IMG/VR virus record: IMGVR_UViG_3300022226_000004
Location: 12,992 to 76,991 of that record
DNA length: 64,000 nt
Direction: 5' to 3' (one strand)
DNA from: a virus
Position 1 is the first letter of the stretch; each line of letters opens with the position of its first letter. Positions 31,544-40,041 of this stretch are shown here, piece after piece. A model generated the notes under the pieces. The model searched no databases, was not told the origin of the DNA, and was given only the letters and a program-made list of their open reading frames with translations. The position numbers and the translations under genes are program-made.

Positions 31544-31723
31544 TCAACAACGTTCAACCCTCCAGCCCTTTTTGTCGCAATACGCCTTCACCTCTCTTCC
31601 CGACCAACCCCTCATGTAGCGAATTATCGGAGCCGCTCTGACTACCTTGCCACGCCTGATCTCGCCGCCAGCAACAAAATGAGAAGCCGTTACACGGAAT
31701 CCGATGGCACCACGTTCATCCAC
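31544..31723 (-). CDS. Small hypothetical protein (59 aa)
   Basis: Below the track cutoff; GTG start, ..HFVAGGEIRRGKVVRAAPIIRYMRGWS..YCDKKGW. Confidence 0.55.
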   Translation of the reverse strand: MDERGAIGFRVTASHFVAGGEIRRGKVVRAAPIIRYMRGWSGREVKAYCDKKGWRVERC

Positions 31724-32553
31724 TTGATGCAGTCCTTGATCAACGCGTAAGTCTCCGACACATCAATACCGTAACTCCTGATCTTCCGGTTCGATAAAAT
31801 GCACTGACTCCTGGGCGCAAAACATTGCTCACGATACTCTCTCTCGCTAAACCAATACTTCCACTTCTTGTTCGAGTAAGCGCCAGCATCCTTGAATAAC
31901 CCGACAATCTCACTCGGCCGCACAGCCCCAGTGTTCACCACGTTGTAAATCCCGCAAGGCACGTTCTTCGTAATGCATTGAAGCGCCGCCGTCACAGCCT
32001 CCCCTAAATGACTCAATGAATTAGGAACCTCCACCAACTTGTCATACCCCAGGATCTTCATTAAGAAGTTCCTTGGGTTGTTGCTGCCATCAAACGGAAT
32101 CCTGATCCGCCACATCCATACTTGCTTGCCTAGAAGTAGCTCCTCCGCCTGCGCCTTGCACCCAGAATAAAAACTGGAGCCAGTCCGAAACGTGAAATTA
32201 GGGGGATCCTCCTCCGTGAAGGTGCCGGGGCCATCGTAAATACATCCAGTCGAAACATGCCCCATCGGAATGCCAGCCTTCTCACACGCGTCAGATACCG
32301 CCAACGGAAGAACAACGTTGGAACGAAAACACTCGATCTTGTTGTCCTCGCATGCATCAACGTTCGGCTTCCCAATGTAACCCGCCGCGTTGATCACGGC
32401 TTCAATCTCTGAATGCTTTTCCAGGAAATTAAACACACGTTGAGAATCACAGAAGTCCATGTGCTCCCTGGTAAGCCCAATGCCTCGCTGACCAAGCTGC
32501 TTCAAAAACTCCTGGCCAACATACCCATTGCCTAACACCAAAATCTTGTCCAT
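31690..32553 (-). CDS. rmlD: NDP-4-keto-6-deoxyhexose reductase (RmlD / NRS-ER-like)
   Basis: ILVLGNGYVG Rossmann motif, INAAGYIGKPNVDACE, HVSTGCIY, FYSGCK (YxxxK); probable start 32553. Confidence 0.85.
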   Translation of the reverse strand: MDKILVLGNGYVGQEFLKQLGQRGIGLTREHMDFCDSQRVFNFLEKHSEIEAVINAAGYIGKPNVDACEDNKIECFRSNVVLPLAVSDACEKAGIPMGHVSTGCIYDGPGTFTEEDPPNFTFRTGSSFYSGCKAQAEELLLGKQVWMWRIRIPFDGSNNPRNFLMKILGYDKLVEVPNSLSHLGEAVTAALQCITKNVPCGIYNVVNTGAVRPSEIVGLFKDAGAYSNKKWKYWFSEREYREQCFAPRSQCILSNRKIRSYGIDVSETYALIKDCIKWMNVVPSDSV

Positions 32554-32588
32554 CAAAACCAAAGTGCTTGACCCCCTTGCCTTAGTCA

Positions 32589-32654
32589 AGAAAAAGGCCC
32601 TGGGTGTCCCTCTCCCAGGGCCGAAACGAACGACCTCCATTGGATCTCTCCAAC
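32589..32654 (-). ncRNA. Candidate ~65-nt sRNA
   Basis: Between promoter TGGACA(32689)-17-GAGGCT and terminator GGCCCTGGG/CCCAGGGCC + TTTTT. Confidence 0.35.
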
Positions 32655-32690
32655 ACTGTTAGCCTCGGTGATCCCATGAAATTTGTCCAC

Positions 32691-32834
32691 AAAAAAAAGG
32701 CCGCTCACCGAAGACTCCCCAGCCAATTCAGTAAGCGGCCCGCTTCGCGTTGAGCAACGCCAAGATGAAAAATTAAACCGTAGGCCTAGACAAGTGAGAG
32801 CCTTTGGCCTACGGTGGTGACTGATTATGAAACC
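32691..32834 (-). ncRNA. Candidate ~145-nt sRNA
   Basis: Promoter TTGACA(32869)-17-GATGCT; 10-bp stem ACCGTAGGCC/GGCCTACGGT; terminator GGCCGCTTACTGAA/TTCGGTGAGCGGCC + T8. Confidence 0.45.
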
Positions 32835-32885
32835 GGGATGAGCATCGCTCACCGGCTTCAGAGTGTCAACCACCAAAAAAAGAAA

Positions 32886-33581
32886 ATGACTACAAGAGAA
32901 GCACTATTGGAGCTGATCACCTCAGCTACCGAACCTACCAAAATCGTGACCTACGATATGGCTGACAAACTCGGCGTCAGCCAAAACGCCGTTTTCAGGG
33001 CTCTGAAAAAACTCGTCAGAGACGGGCAGATCAAGCAGGTCGGACCCTCATTGTTCGCAAACCAGTCAACCAGGGTCGAAGAAGGTGTTGTTACGCCTGT
33101 TGTTACGCCTGTTGTTACGCCTGTTGTTACGCCTGTTGTTACGCCTGTTGTTACGCCTGTTGTTACGCCTGTTGTTGAAGGTGTTGTTGAAGGTGTTGTT
33201 GACCAACCTAAGCCGCTTGGCCCCAACACCTTGGAGTCAGGCAGGTTGATAGACGCCGATATTCCGCAAGACCAGTTGGCAACCATGACCAAAGCCGAGC
33301 TCGATGAAGTGATTGCCAGCGGCCCAGAAAGGCACCAGCTGCTATGCTTGAAGGAAAAACAACGCAGAAAACAAGCACAGGACCTCACCAAACTCCCGCA
33401 AGGCATGACCCTCGATCAATTCTACCGCCAGGAAAACAAGGAGATCTCCAAGAAAAAGGTCGATAGGCTCATCGAAACCATGACCGATGACCCAAAATAC
33501 GCTGATACCCTCGGAGTTTGGGCTGTTCCAAATATCACGGAAAGAAAACTCACCCTCCCGGCCCCAGAACCCAAGAACTAA
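32886..33581 (+). CDS. Winged-HTH protein with internal VVTP repeat
   Basis: DMADKLGVSQNAVFRALKKLVRDGQI; probable start 32886. Confidence 0.7.
   Translation: MTTREALLELITSATEPTKIVTYDMADKLGVSQNAVFRALKKLVRDGQIKQVGPSLFANQSTRVEEGVVTPVVTPVVTPVVTPVVTPVVTPVVTPVVEGVVEGVVDQPKPLGPNTLESGRLIDADIPQDQLATMTKAELDEVIASGPERHQLLCLKEKQRRKQAQDLTKLPQGMTLDQFYRQENKEISKKKVDRLIETMTDDPKYADTLGVWAVPNITERKLTLPAPEPKN
33087..33203 (+). repeat. 12-bp tandem repeat (GTTGTTACGCCT x7, then GTTGTTGAAGGT x2)
   Basis: Read directly from the sequence. Confidence 0.95.
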
Positions 33582-34189
33582 TGCCCCCTGAGATCCATCT
33601 CGTTAAAACCCAACCACTTATCACAACGGCTGATGTCACTGAAATCTGGAAACGAAATAAGGGCGTCCATACCAAAATCTTTGAGATCGCGAGACTCATG
33701 AAGCAAAGATCTAGCTACGAACCAAGCTGGCCCGAATTCGAGCTGACCGCCCGCACGATCATCAAGTTCTTTGAAACCATCCCTGAAATGCTGGACAGCG
33801 AGTTCAATGACCTGGAACTCCTGGCGAATCGCCTCAATAGAGACTTCACCAAGGTCATGATCCCAACCAATTTCTGGGAAGAATGGCTCACAATACACGA
33901 AAACCCTCACCCTGTTGCCCGCGTCTTCTTCCATGATCGTTGCATGTATCGCTCCTTAGCCAACTTCGTGGAACTAGCGAGTGCCAGAAGAAAGAGCTTC
34001 CCAATGCCTCAATACCAAATCGCAGCGCTCTTGAAACGCCCAAGATCTAATGTCCGCGATAGCATCGATCTCCTTCTAACTAAGAAAGTTATAGCAAAAA
34101 CCAGGGCCGCAATCCCAAAGACCAGGGCCGCAGAATACAGCCTCGATCGGAACTGGATCCCACTATGCTCAGAAAACCACGCCACATAG
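33581..34189 (+). CDS. Putative replication/DNA-binding protein with C-terminal HTH
   Basis: FPMPQYQIAALLKRPRSNVRDSIDLL...RAAEY; TAATG coupling. Confidence 0.5.
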   Translation: MPPEIHLVKTQPLITTADVTEIWKRNKGVHTKIFEIARLMKQRSSYEPSWPEFELTARTIIKFFETIPEMLDSEFNDLELLANRLNRDFTKVMIPTNFWEEWLTIHENPHPVARVFFHDRCMYRSLANFVELASARRKSFPMPQYQIAALLKRPRSNVRDSIDLLLTKKVIAKTRAAIPKTRAAEYSLDRNWIPLCSENHAT

Positions 34190-34275
34190 AGAAACCCCGC
34201 CGCATAGAGCGATGACAAAAACCACGCCCTCAGGACCCCTCATGAATCTCCAGGACCCCTCAGGAATCTCCAGGA
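34174..34275 (+). repeat. Iteron-like direct repeats
   Basis: 18-mer AAACCMCGCCRCATAGAG x2 (34174, 34192) plus a partial copy at 34219; 20-mer CAGGACCCCTCAKGAATCTC x2 (34231, 34251) plus CAGGA. Confidence 0.8.
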
Positions 34276-34345
34276 TAGGAGGTGTGGAGGAAAGGCCATC
34301 TTTTGTCCAACGGACGCTAGCTCATTTGCCATAAAAACCAAAACC

Positions 34346-34534
34346 ATGAAATGTCTCATCATCGGTTCCAGAAACGGGAAGATCACCGACGTAGGCCTAG
34401 TCGATCACGACAAATGGTTCCATCTCAACCCCCCTGGCGTAGATCGCCTCACCATCATCGATGACTTCAACCCCCTTGACTGGACTAACTCCAGGATCTT
34501 CCAAGCCTGGGAAACCTTGAATCACCTTGACTAA
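34346..34534 (+). CDS. Hypothetical protein, paralog A
   Basis: LIIGSRNGKIT...DRLTIIDDFNPLDWTNS. Confidence 0.55.
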   Translation: MKCLIIGSRNGKITDVGLVDHDKWFHLNPPGVDRLTIIDDFNPLDWTNSRIFQAWETLNHLD

Positions 34535-34561
34535 CCCAACCACCTAAGCCGCACTCAACCC

Positions 34562-34849
34562 ATGAGTCGTAAATTCAACGAAGGAACTGAGTTCACCGTC
34601 AGAAACTCAAAGTCAACCTACCGAGTCTCTCATCGCTTCGGAAACAAGATCGTCGTTACCGCACTCGACGAACACGGCGATACCCACTTCGAAGTCATGG
34701 TCGTCCGAACCCATAAACACGACCACACCCTAGAAAACCGGGTCGTCCACCTCGCCGGCGATGAGTTCCTCCCTTCGCCCAACGAATGGGGAACCTACGG
34801 ATGGACTCCCACATCCCTGAATCGCGCTCTACAAATCGCTCAGGAATAG
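34562..34849 (+). CDS. Hypothetical phage protein
   Basis: FEVMVV...EFLPSPNEWGTYGWT motif. Confidence 0.65.
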   Translation: MSRKFNEGTEFTVRNSKSTYRVSHRFGNKIVVTALDEHGDTHFEVMVVRTHKHDHTLENRVVHLAGDEFLPSPNEWGTYGWTPTSLNRALQIAQE

Positions 34850-34951
34850 CCTTTCTTCGTGTATGCACCCACCATATTTTCCATTTGAAGACACCAAGGG
34901 TATCTTTTCATGATCCCAGCCATCCAAACGCTTAAAGGCGAAAGCACTGAA

Positions 34952-35143
34952 ATGAACCTTCTAATCGCTTCCAAAAACGGGGAAATCACGTCTGTCCTCG
35001 CTCTCCAAATCCCTTGGATACCAACCTTCAACCCAAACCTCTGTGACCGCATCACCTTCATCCAAAACTTCCGCCCCGGTGACTGGACCAATTCTCCCGT
35101 CCTCAAAATCTTCTCAGACGCCTTCCCTTCAACTAGCCATTAG
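34952..35143 (+). CDS. Hypothetical protein, paralog B
   Basis: LLIASKNGEIT...DRITFIQNFRPGDWTNS. Confidence 0.55.
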   Translation: MNLLIASKNGEITSVLALQIPWIPTFNPNLCDRITFIQNFRPGDWTNSPVLKIFSDAFPSTSH

Positions 35144-35261
35144 TATGTGTGAGAGGGACCCATTATACTGAAAAGCGACTACCCCCCTTACCCCTCCCCC
35201 TACCGGGTTGTAGATATACTTGTCGATTACGCAAGTAACCTAATGGCAGCACGTTACAAAA

Positions 35262-35885
35262 GTCTCCCTTGACTAGATCCTATTCGTCGAGTTAGGGAGC
35301 TGCAGCGATTTCAGGCTCATTGGAGCAGAACGAAGTCAACGTAAACGAAAGTTTGCAAGGCCAGACAGGAGTCTGCAAACCAAGCAAACCCAAATGCTGG
35401 ACGCCACTAGCATGGGGTTGATCAGAATCGGATGGCCAAGCGGCCGCGACGTTGAATCACGTATCTCTCGACTTCGCTCTATCTGAGAGCAATGAGACGC
35501 GAGGAGCACGCAAGCCAAGATCCGAGGGCGCCAACTGCTGGAAGTGTTGGTTGCACGCGACGAGAAGATCGCCAGCCACTAGGTGTGGGCCGAAACGAGT
35601 CGAGAGACTGCCGGTGAACTAGGTTTATCCTAGCATGAGCGAAGCGGGGCGTGACGTAAAGGTTAGGTGTAGTGAGCACGGGAGTCGGGAGACAAGCCTC
35701 TCACGGATTCAATGGAACGGGTTAAAGGCCAAAGGGCTTGCTTATGGTGAGCCGGTCAACCAAGAGCGGAACAGTGGTTCAAGACTGCAACAAGATTCCG
35801 CCAAGGGAAAGGCCTTTGTTCAACCGTTCCTTGAACCGAGTCGCAGAAAGCAAGTCATGGTGACAAGCGGGCGATTCGGTTACAA
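35262..35885 (+). ncRNA. Candidate large multi-domain structured RNA (~620 nt)
   Basis: ORF-poor 750-bp gap tiled with nested helices, e.g. TCTCTCGACT(35464)/AGTCGAGAGA(35598), GGAACGG(35714)/CCGTTCC(35824), AACCGAGTCGC(35834)/GCGATTCGGTT(35871). Confidence 0.65.
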
Positions 35886-35893
35886 GGAATGAT

Positions 35894-36361
35894 ATGAACG
35901 CTATTGTAAGATCCAAGGTCCAAGAGAAATCCATCAAGATTGGCCGACGCGAGGTTCCGCTGAACGATTGCCTAGTGACGCGAGTGACTGCGACAGGAGC
36001 CGCGTCATTGGTTCCGATTAGTCGCAAGGCATTGCGTGAGCGGAATGATTTGACGGCATCGGAGGCCAAGCGGGCGCATCGCGAGGTTTGCATTCATTTA
36101 AAGCAAGTGCAAGCTGGTGTTTTCGCGTCACTATCGGCGAACAGTGATTTCGTGGGGCTTGGGTTCAAGCAGAACGCGAAGGGTAATCGCATCAGTTTTG
36201 AGCTCGAGCATCGCCTTCCTGAATCGGAGCAATCATCGCGAGCCATCCGCCTAGCGGAGGACAACGCAATGCTCAAGGAGGACAATGAAGTGTTGGCGGC
36301 CAAGTTGGAGGCCATGGAGAAGATGTTACGCGACGCCGGGCTTTTGAAAGACAAGGCCTAG
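35894..36361 (+). CDS. Hypothetical protein with C-terminal coiled coil, first early gene
   Basis: 155 aa, immediately after the structured region. Confidence 0.7.
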   Translation: MNAIVRSKVQEKSIKIGRREVPLNDCLVTRVTATGAASLVPISRKALRERNDLTASEAKRAHREVCIHLKQVQAGVFASLSANSDFVGLGFKQNAKGNRISFELEHRLPESEQSSRAIRLAEDNAMLKEDNEVLAAKLEAMEKMLRDAGLLKDKA

Positions 36362-38062
36362 CTCCAGGGTGTCCCTAACGACCAAGCCTAACGACTATGA
36401 CAGCGAAAGGAAGTAATGAAGTATTGTGTAACGTATAGAGTCGGTGAACGCATTCACGAGCGGATAGTAGAAGCGAACAGCTATGGGTGCGCCGAGGAAC
36501 GTGTCATGGCGGACGAACCGGACGCCACGCACGTTGTGAGCGAAGAATACCACGGCTATGAAGGCTATGACCGGCATGACTGGTCAACGGCGATCACGAA
36601 CTACTTGGACTAACCTAAGCCCCTGACAGCCAAACCTAGAGACCACTGAAAGGAGAAGTATGGACAAGCAAGAAAAAGCAAGGATGGACATTCGTTTATT
36701 AGCGGAGAGCGCGAAGCCGGAGCTAAGGGATTTCGCGATGTCGCGCATCAAGGAGCTCGACGAGTGCATTGGCATGCAGCGTGGCACGGAGCAAATCGTG
36801 GTCCACGGCTTCGCTTCGGAGCTTGATGCCATCGTGAGATATTTGGAGTGGAAAGGAGTAACATGGTAAAGAAGTATATAGTGATTGGCGTGCGCTTTGG
36901 CGAAACCCAAGCATGGATTTGCGAGGCCTCGTCCGAGTATCAGGCCCGCGAGAAAGCGAAGGCAAGTGGACTGTGTGTGACCCAAGTATTTGACTGCCCC
37001 TAATGAAAACCATGACCTACGAACAACAGAAGCAAGCGATACTTGCCAGTATGTCAGCGAGCTATTGGCTGAAGGAAGCCATTGAGCGGCTTGATGGGCG
37101 TGACCCATTGGATGCTCTGCAAGACGCGGAGATCCTCAAGACATTGCAGCACGTAAGGGCACTGGATCTGCTTAGAAAGGAGAAGTAAGATGGACAATGA
37201 CGTGCAGTCTTTGCGCGACCAGTTGAAGGATGCTCGCGTGAAGCATGGCGCTTGGTCAGAAGTAAGGCACGGCGGAGCCACTTACCTAGGCCCAGTTTGG
37301 TCTCATCATCAAGGAGATTTTCACTGGAGCAAGCGAGTTGGCAACACAGCTATAATGGTTTTGGAAAGCGAGCAATGATAACGACGCTAAAGGATCTCTT
37401 TAAGGAGGTTGGCGTTGACACGCTGGCGGCCCTCAAGAAATCCATCTTCAAGGGCACTGAATGTGGCGCATGGATTGAGCCTGGCGAGGGCTACGTCGTG
37501 CTCGGCAGCATCGTTGAAGGCAGTGATGCGGAGGCAACGCCCGTGGAATTGTTCTATCCATTCAGCCGGGATGATTTCTGGCAAGCACTTGAAAGCGTGG
37601 ACAAGGAAGCCTGCGCATTATGGGAAGAAGCGAACACTGAAGATGATGATGACCTATGATCAACTAATCGCCGGCCTGATCCTCACGCTGGCATTGCTAT
37701 GGAGCACGATGATGCTATGAAGTATGGACTAGTCATCAAGGTAGTGCTGCCTTCCGTGATGGAGGCAGTGCTTTTGGTGGAAACCAAGCGCGGCCAAGGT
37801 GCCAAGGCATGGTTTCATAACACTGGGCACGGGCAATGGGCCGTGTGTTGGAGGCACAAGAGATGAGTGCAGCAAAGCTATACCCAAGGCTTTTGGTTTA
37901 CCAGCTGATCGGAGGTCAGGAGATTTACGTGGGCAAGGTCATGCTGGAAGGGCAGACCCACCAAGAGGCTGTCGCTGAGCTAAGGAAACGACTATTGCCT
38001 CGTCATCGAGTGGCAACGAAGTCAATGGATAAGACGGGCAGCCTCGAGGTGCTCATATACTG

Positions 38063-38512
38063 ATGACAACCAAGGAGTATAAGGTGGTGGCATTGCGCGA
38101 GTGTCCGAGCAGTGTCAGTCAATGCGACGAGCCCGCGAAAGCTGTGACTTACTGGCATGAGTGCATTGCGAGTGACGAAAGGCACAACCCGGATGTCGAG
38201 AACATGGTTGTCTTGATGCTGACAACCAGAAGGAAAGTGATCGGGCATTACATCGCAGGAGTGGGTGTGCTAGACGGTGTCTTGGTTCACCCAAGGGAGA
38301 TATTCCGGGCCGCCATAGTTGCGGCAGCCCATGCGATTATCTTGATGCACAATCACCCGAGCGGAGACCCTGCGCCATCTGAAGCAGATGTCCGGGTTAC
38401 GCGAGACCTTCGCTCAGCCGGCCGCATCCTCAAGATGGACTTGCTAGACCATGTCATAGTCGGCTCAGGCGATCGGCCATGGGTTTCGATGAAAGAATTA
38501 GGATACTTATGA
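38063..38512 (+). CDS. radC: RadC-like JAB domain protein
   Basis: E...VHPREIFRAAI..A.AIILMHNHPSGDPAPSEAD..T..L...G..L..DLLDHVIVG. Confidence 0.92.
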   Translation: MTTKEYKVVALRECPSSVSQCDEPAKAVTYWHECIASDERHNPDVENMVVLMLTTRRKVIGHYIAGVGVLDGVLVHPREIFRAAIVAAAHAIILMHNHPSGDPAPSEADVRVTRDLRSAGRILKMDLLDHVIVGSGDRPWVSMKELGYL

Positions 38513-39816
38513 CAGAAGAACAGAACGCATTGGTCGCAGAGCTCAGGCAAAAGCTCTTTGAGGTATCGGCCCAGCTCAACGCGGTATTGCATGATCGCAA
38601 CACTGACGGGCTGTGGGGAATCCTCACTGATGTCAAGTGGGATTGCGACTACGTCATGGATCACATGCTAAAGCTGATGAAGGATAACAAATGACAAGAG
38701 AGGAATACGAGAAGTATTGCGCTGACTTTGAGCGCGGCACCAAGGGGCTGGAGTTTCTATCGAGCGGAGCCAGTCACAACTGCGGTGAATGCAACCCGGA
38801 AGGGCTCACTGAGGAGGAGTTCGGGCACGACCATGATCCATGGTTTTCAGCGAGCCCGTGCGACATCTGTGGCGGGCTGGCTGGCAATCGAGAGCCGGCT
38901 CATGGCTGGCTGAAGATGGATAACGGAACCGAAGAGCTGTGCCACATAGATATATGCGTGGACTGTGTTTACTTCATGGAATACGGGCAGCTCGACGACA
39001 TGACAATGCTAGACATGGAGGAAGAATGATACTGAACGACCTTGACCGAACGGCAGTCAACATCACCATGATTTGCGCGGCAAAACTGGATGACAACCTG
39101 CTCACCGTTAATTTCGGGGCAGGGTGGTGGATGACACTGAAATACAGCACCATTGATGGCGCGTATGCGGACTGGCATAGGATCACTGACATAATGGACG
39201 ATAAGGAGTATGAAAGAAAATACTGATCAACAGTGGTGGATTATCCACCTGCGTTCCGGGGAAGCGATAAAGTTCTTCGGAGCCGTGCAGATAGAGTTCG
39301 AGCCCGGTGGTGAGCTCAAGAGATTTAGCTGGAAACAATTTGTCATCAACAAAGGAGACACTGCGTTGATCTATATCAATCCCGAGGATGTAGCCGCGAT
39401 AACAGCGATAGCGGAAGGTGAGTCATGAGACTATTCTACTGCGATCACAATCACAAGGCCACTGAGGTCAGGCTATTGCCTTGCGGTGGTGGGGGCTACG
39501 TTCAGTGTTGCGAGAGGCACTACAAGAAGGAGATGCACTATCGTTTCTCTCGCTTCATGCAAGAGGAGGTGCCGTATGAGTTCCCTTTATGGCGAGACCT
39601 CAAGGTGGTGGAGTGATGACACCTCAAGAAGATATTGAGCAGGTGATGGCCATCGAGGAAGTGGCCATGGTTGAAGACCGGGAGGAATACTTGGCATGCC
39701 TCAATGGTAAGCCAATGGCTGAGCGGCATACCGAACGCGAGGTCAGGGATGGTTGCATCCTAGTGAATCATGTTTACCTTTTTAGAAAGACCCGTAACCC
39801 GTGAGTGCGGTAACAA

Positions 39817-40041
39817 GGCGTGGGTTCTTGGATTGCCCTTCATACTTGCGACGCGTGACGCAAGGCCAACCACTGGGATCACGCAATTACTTTCGGCAGG
39901 ACATACACTGTCGTCAGCAGGCTCCCTTCGGGGTCGAGCTGACATGCGTGAGTGCGCAATCCCGTGGGCAAACCACGGACAAGAAACGCTGAGACGAACA
40001 ACAACAAGCTGATTAGGGGTGCCGCATCAACACGGCACCCC
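39817..40041 (+). ncRNA. Candidate ~225-nt structured RNA
   Basis: Nested stems GGATTGC/GCAATCC, TCACGCA/TGCGTGA, GTCAGC/GCTGAC, CCC-TTCG-GGG, CCGTGG/CCACGG, GGGGTGCCG/CGGCACCCC. Confidence 0.55.

Noticed and set aside
33087-34275. CRISPR array
   Set aside because: Repeats are tandem without unique spacers; the only Cas4-like gene is a typical phage exonuclease
35262-35885. Group II or group I intron identity for the large structured region
   Set aside because: No GUGYG start, no canonical domain V with AGC/CGC triad, no recognisable P7 core, no interrupted gene and no RT or homing nuclease nearby
35336-35892. Track ORFs 35336-35518, 35479-35679 and 35635-35892 as genes
   Set aside because: Short, mutually overlapping, atypical composition, and coincident with the dense base-paired region
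39964-39990. c-di-GMP-I riboswitch (GGGCAAACC)
   Set aside because: Lacks the following GAAA-capped P2 and GACGCAAAG consensus; here it is a simple hairpin
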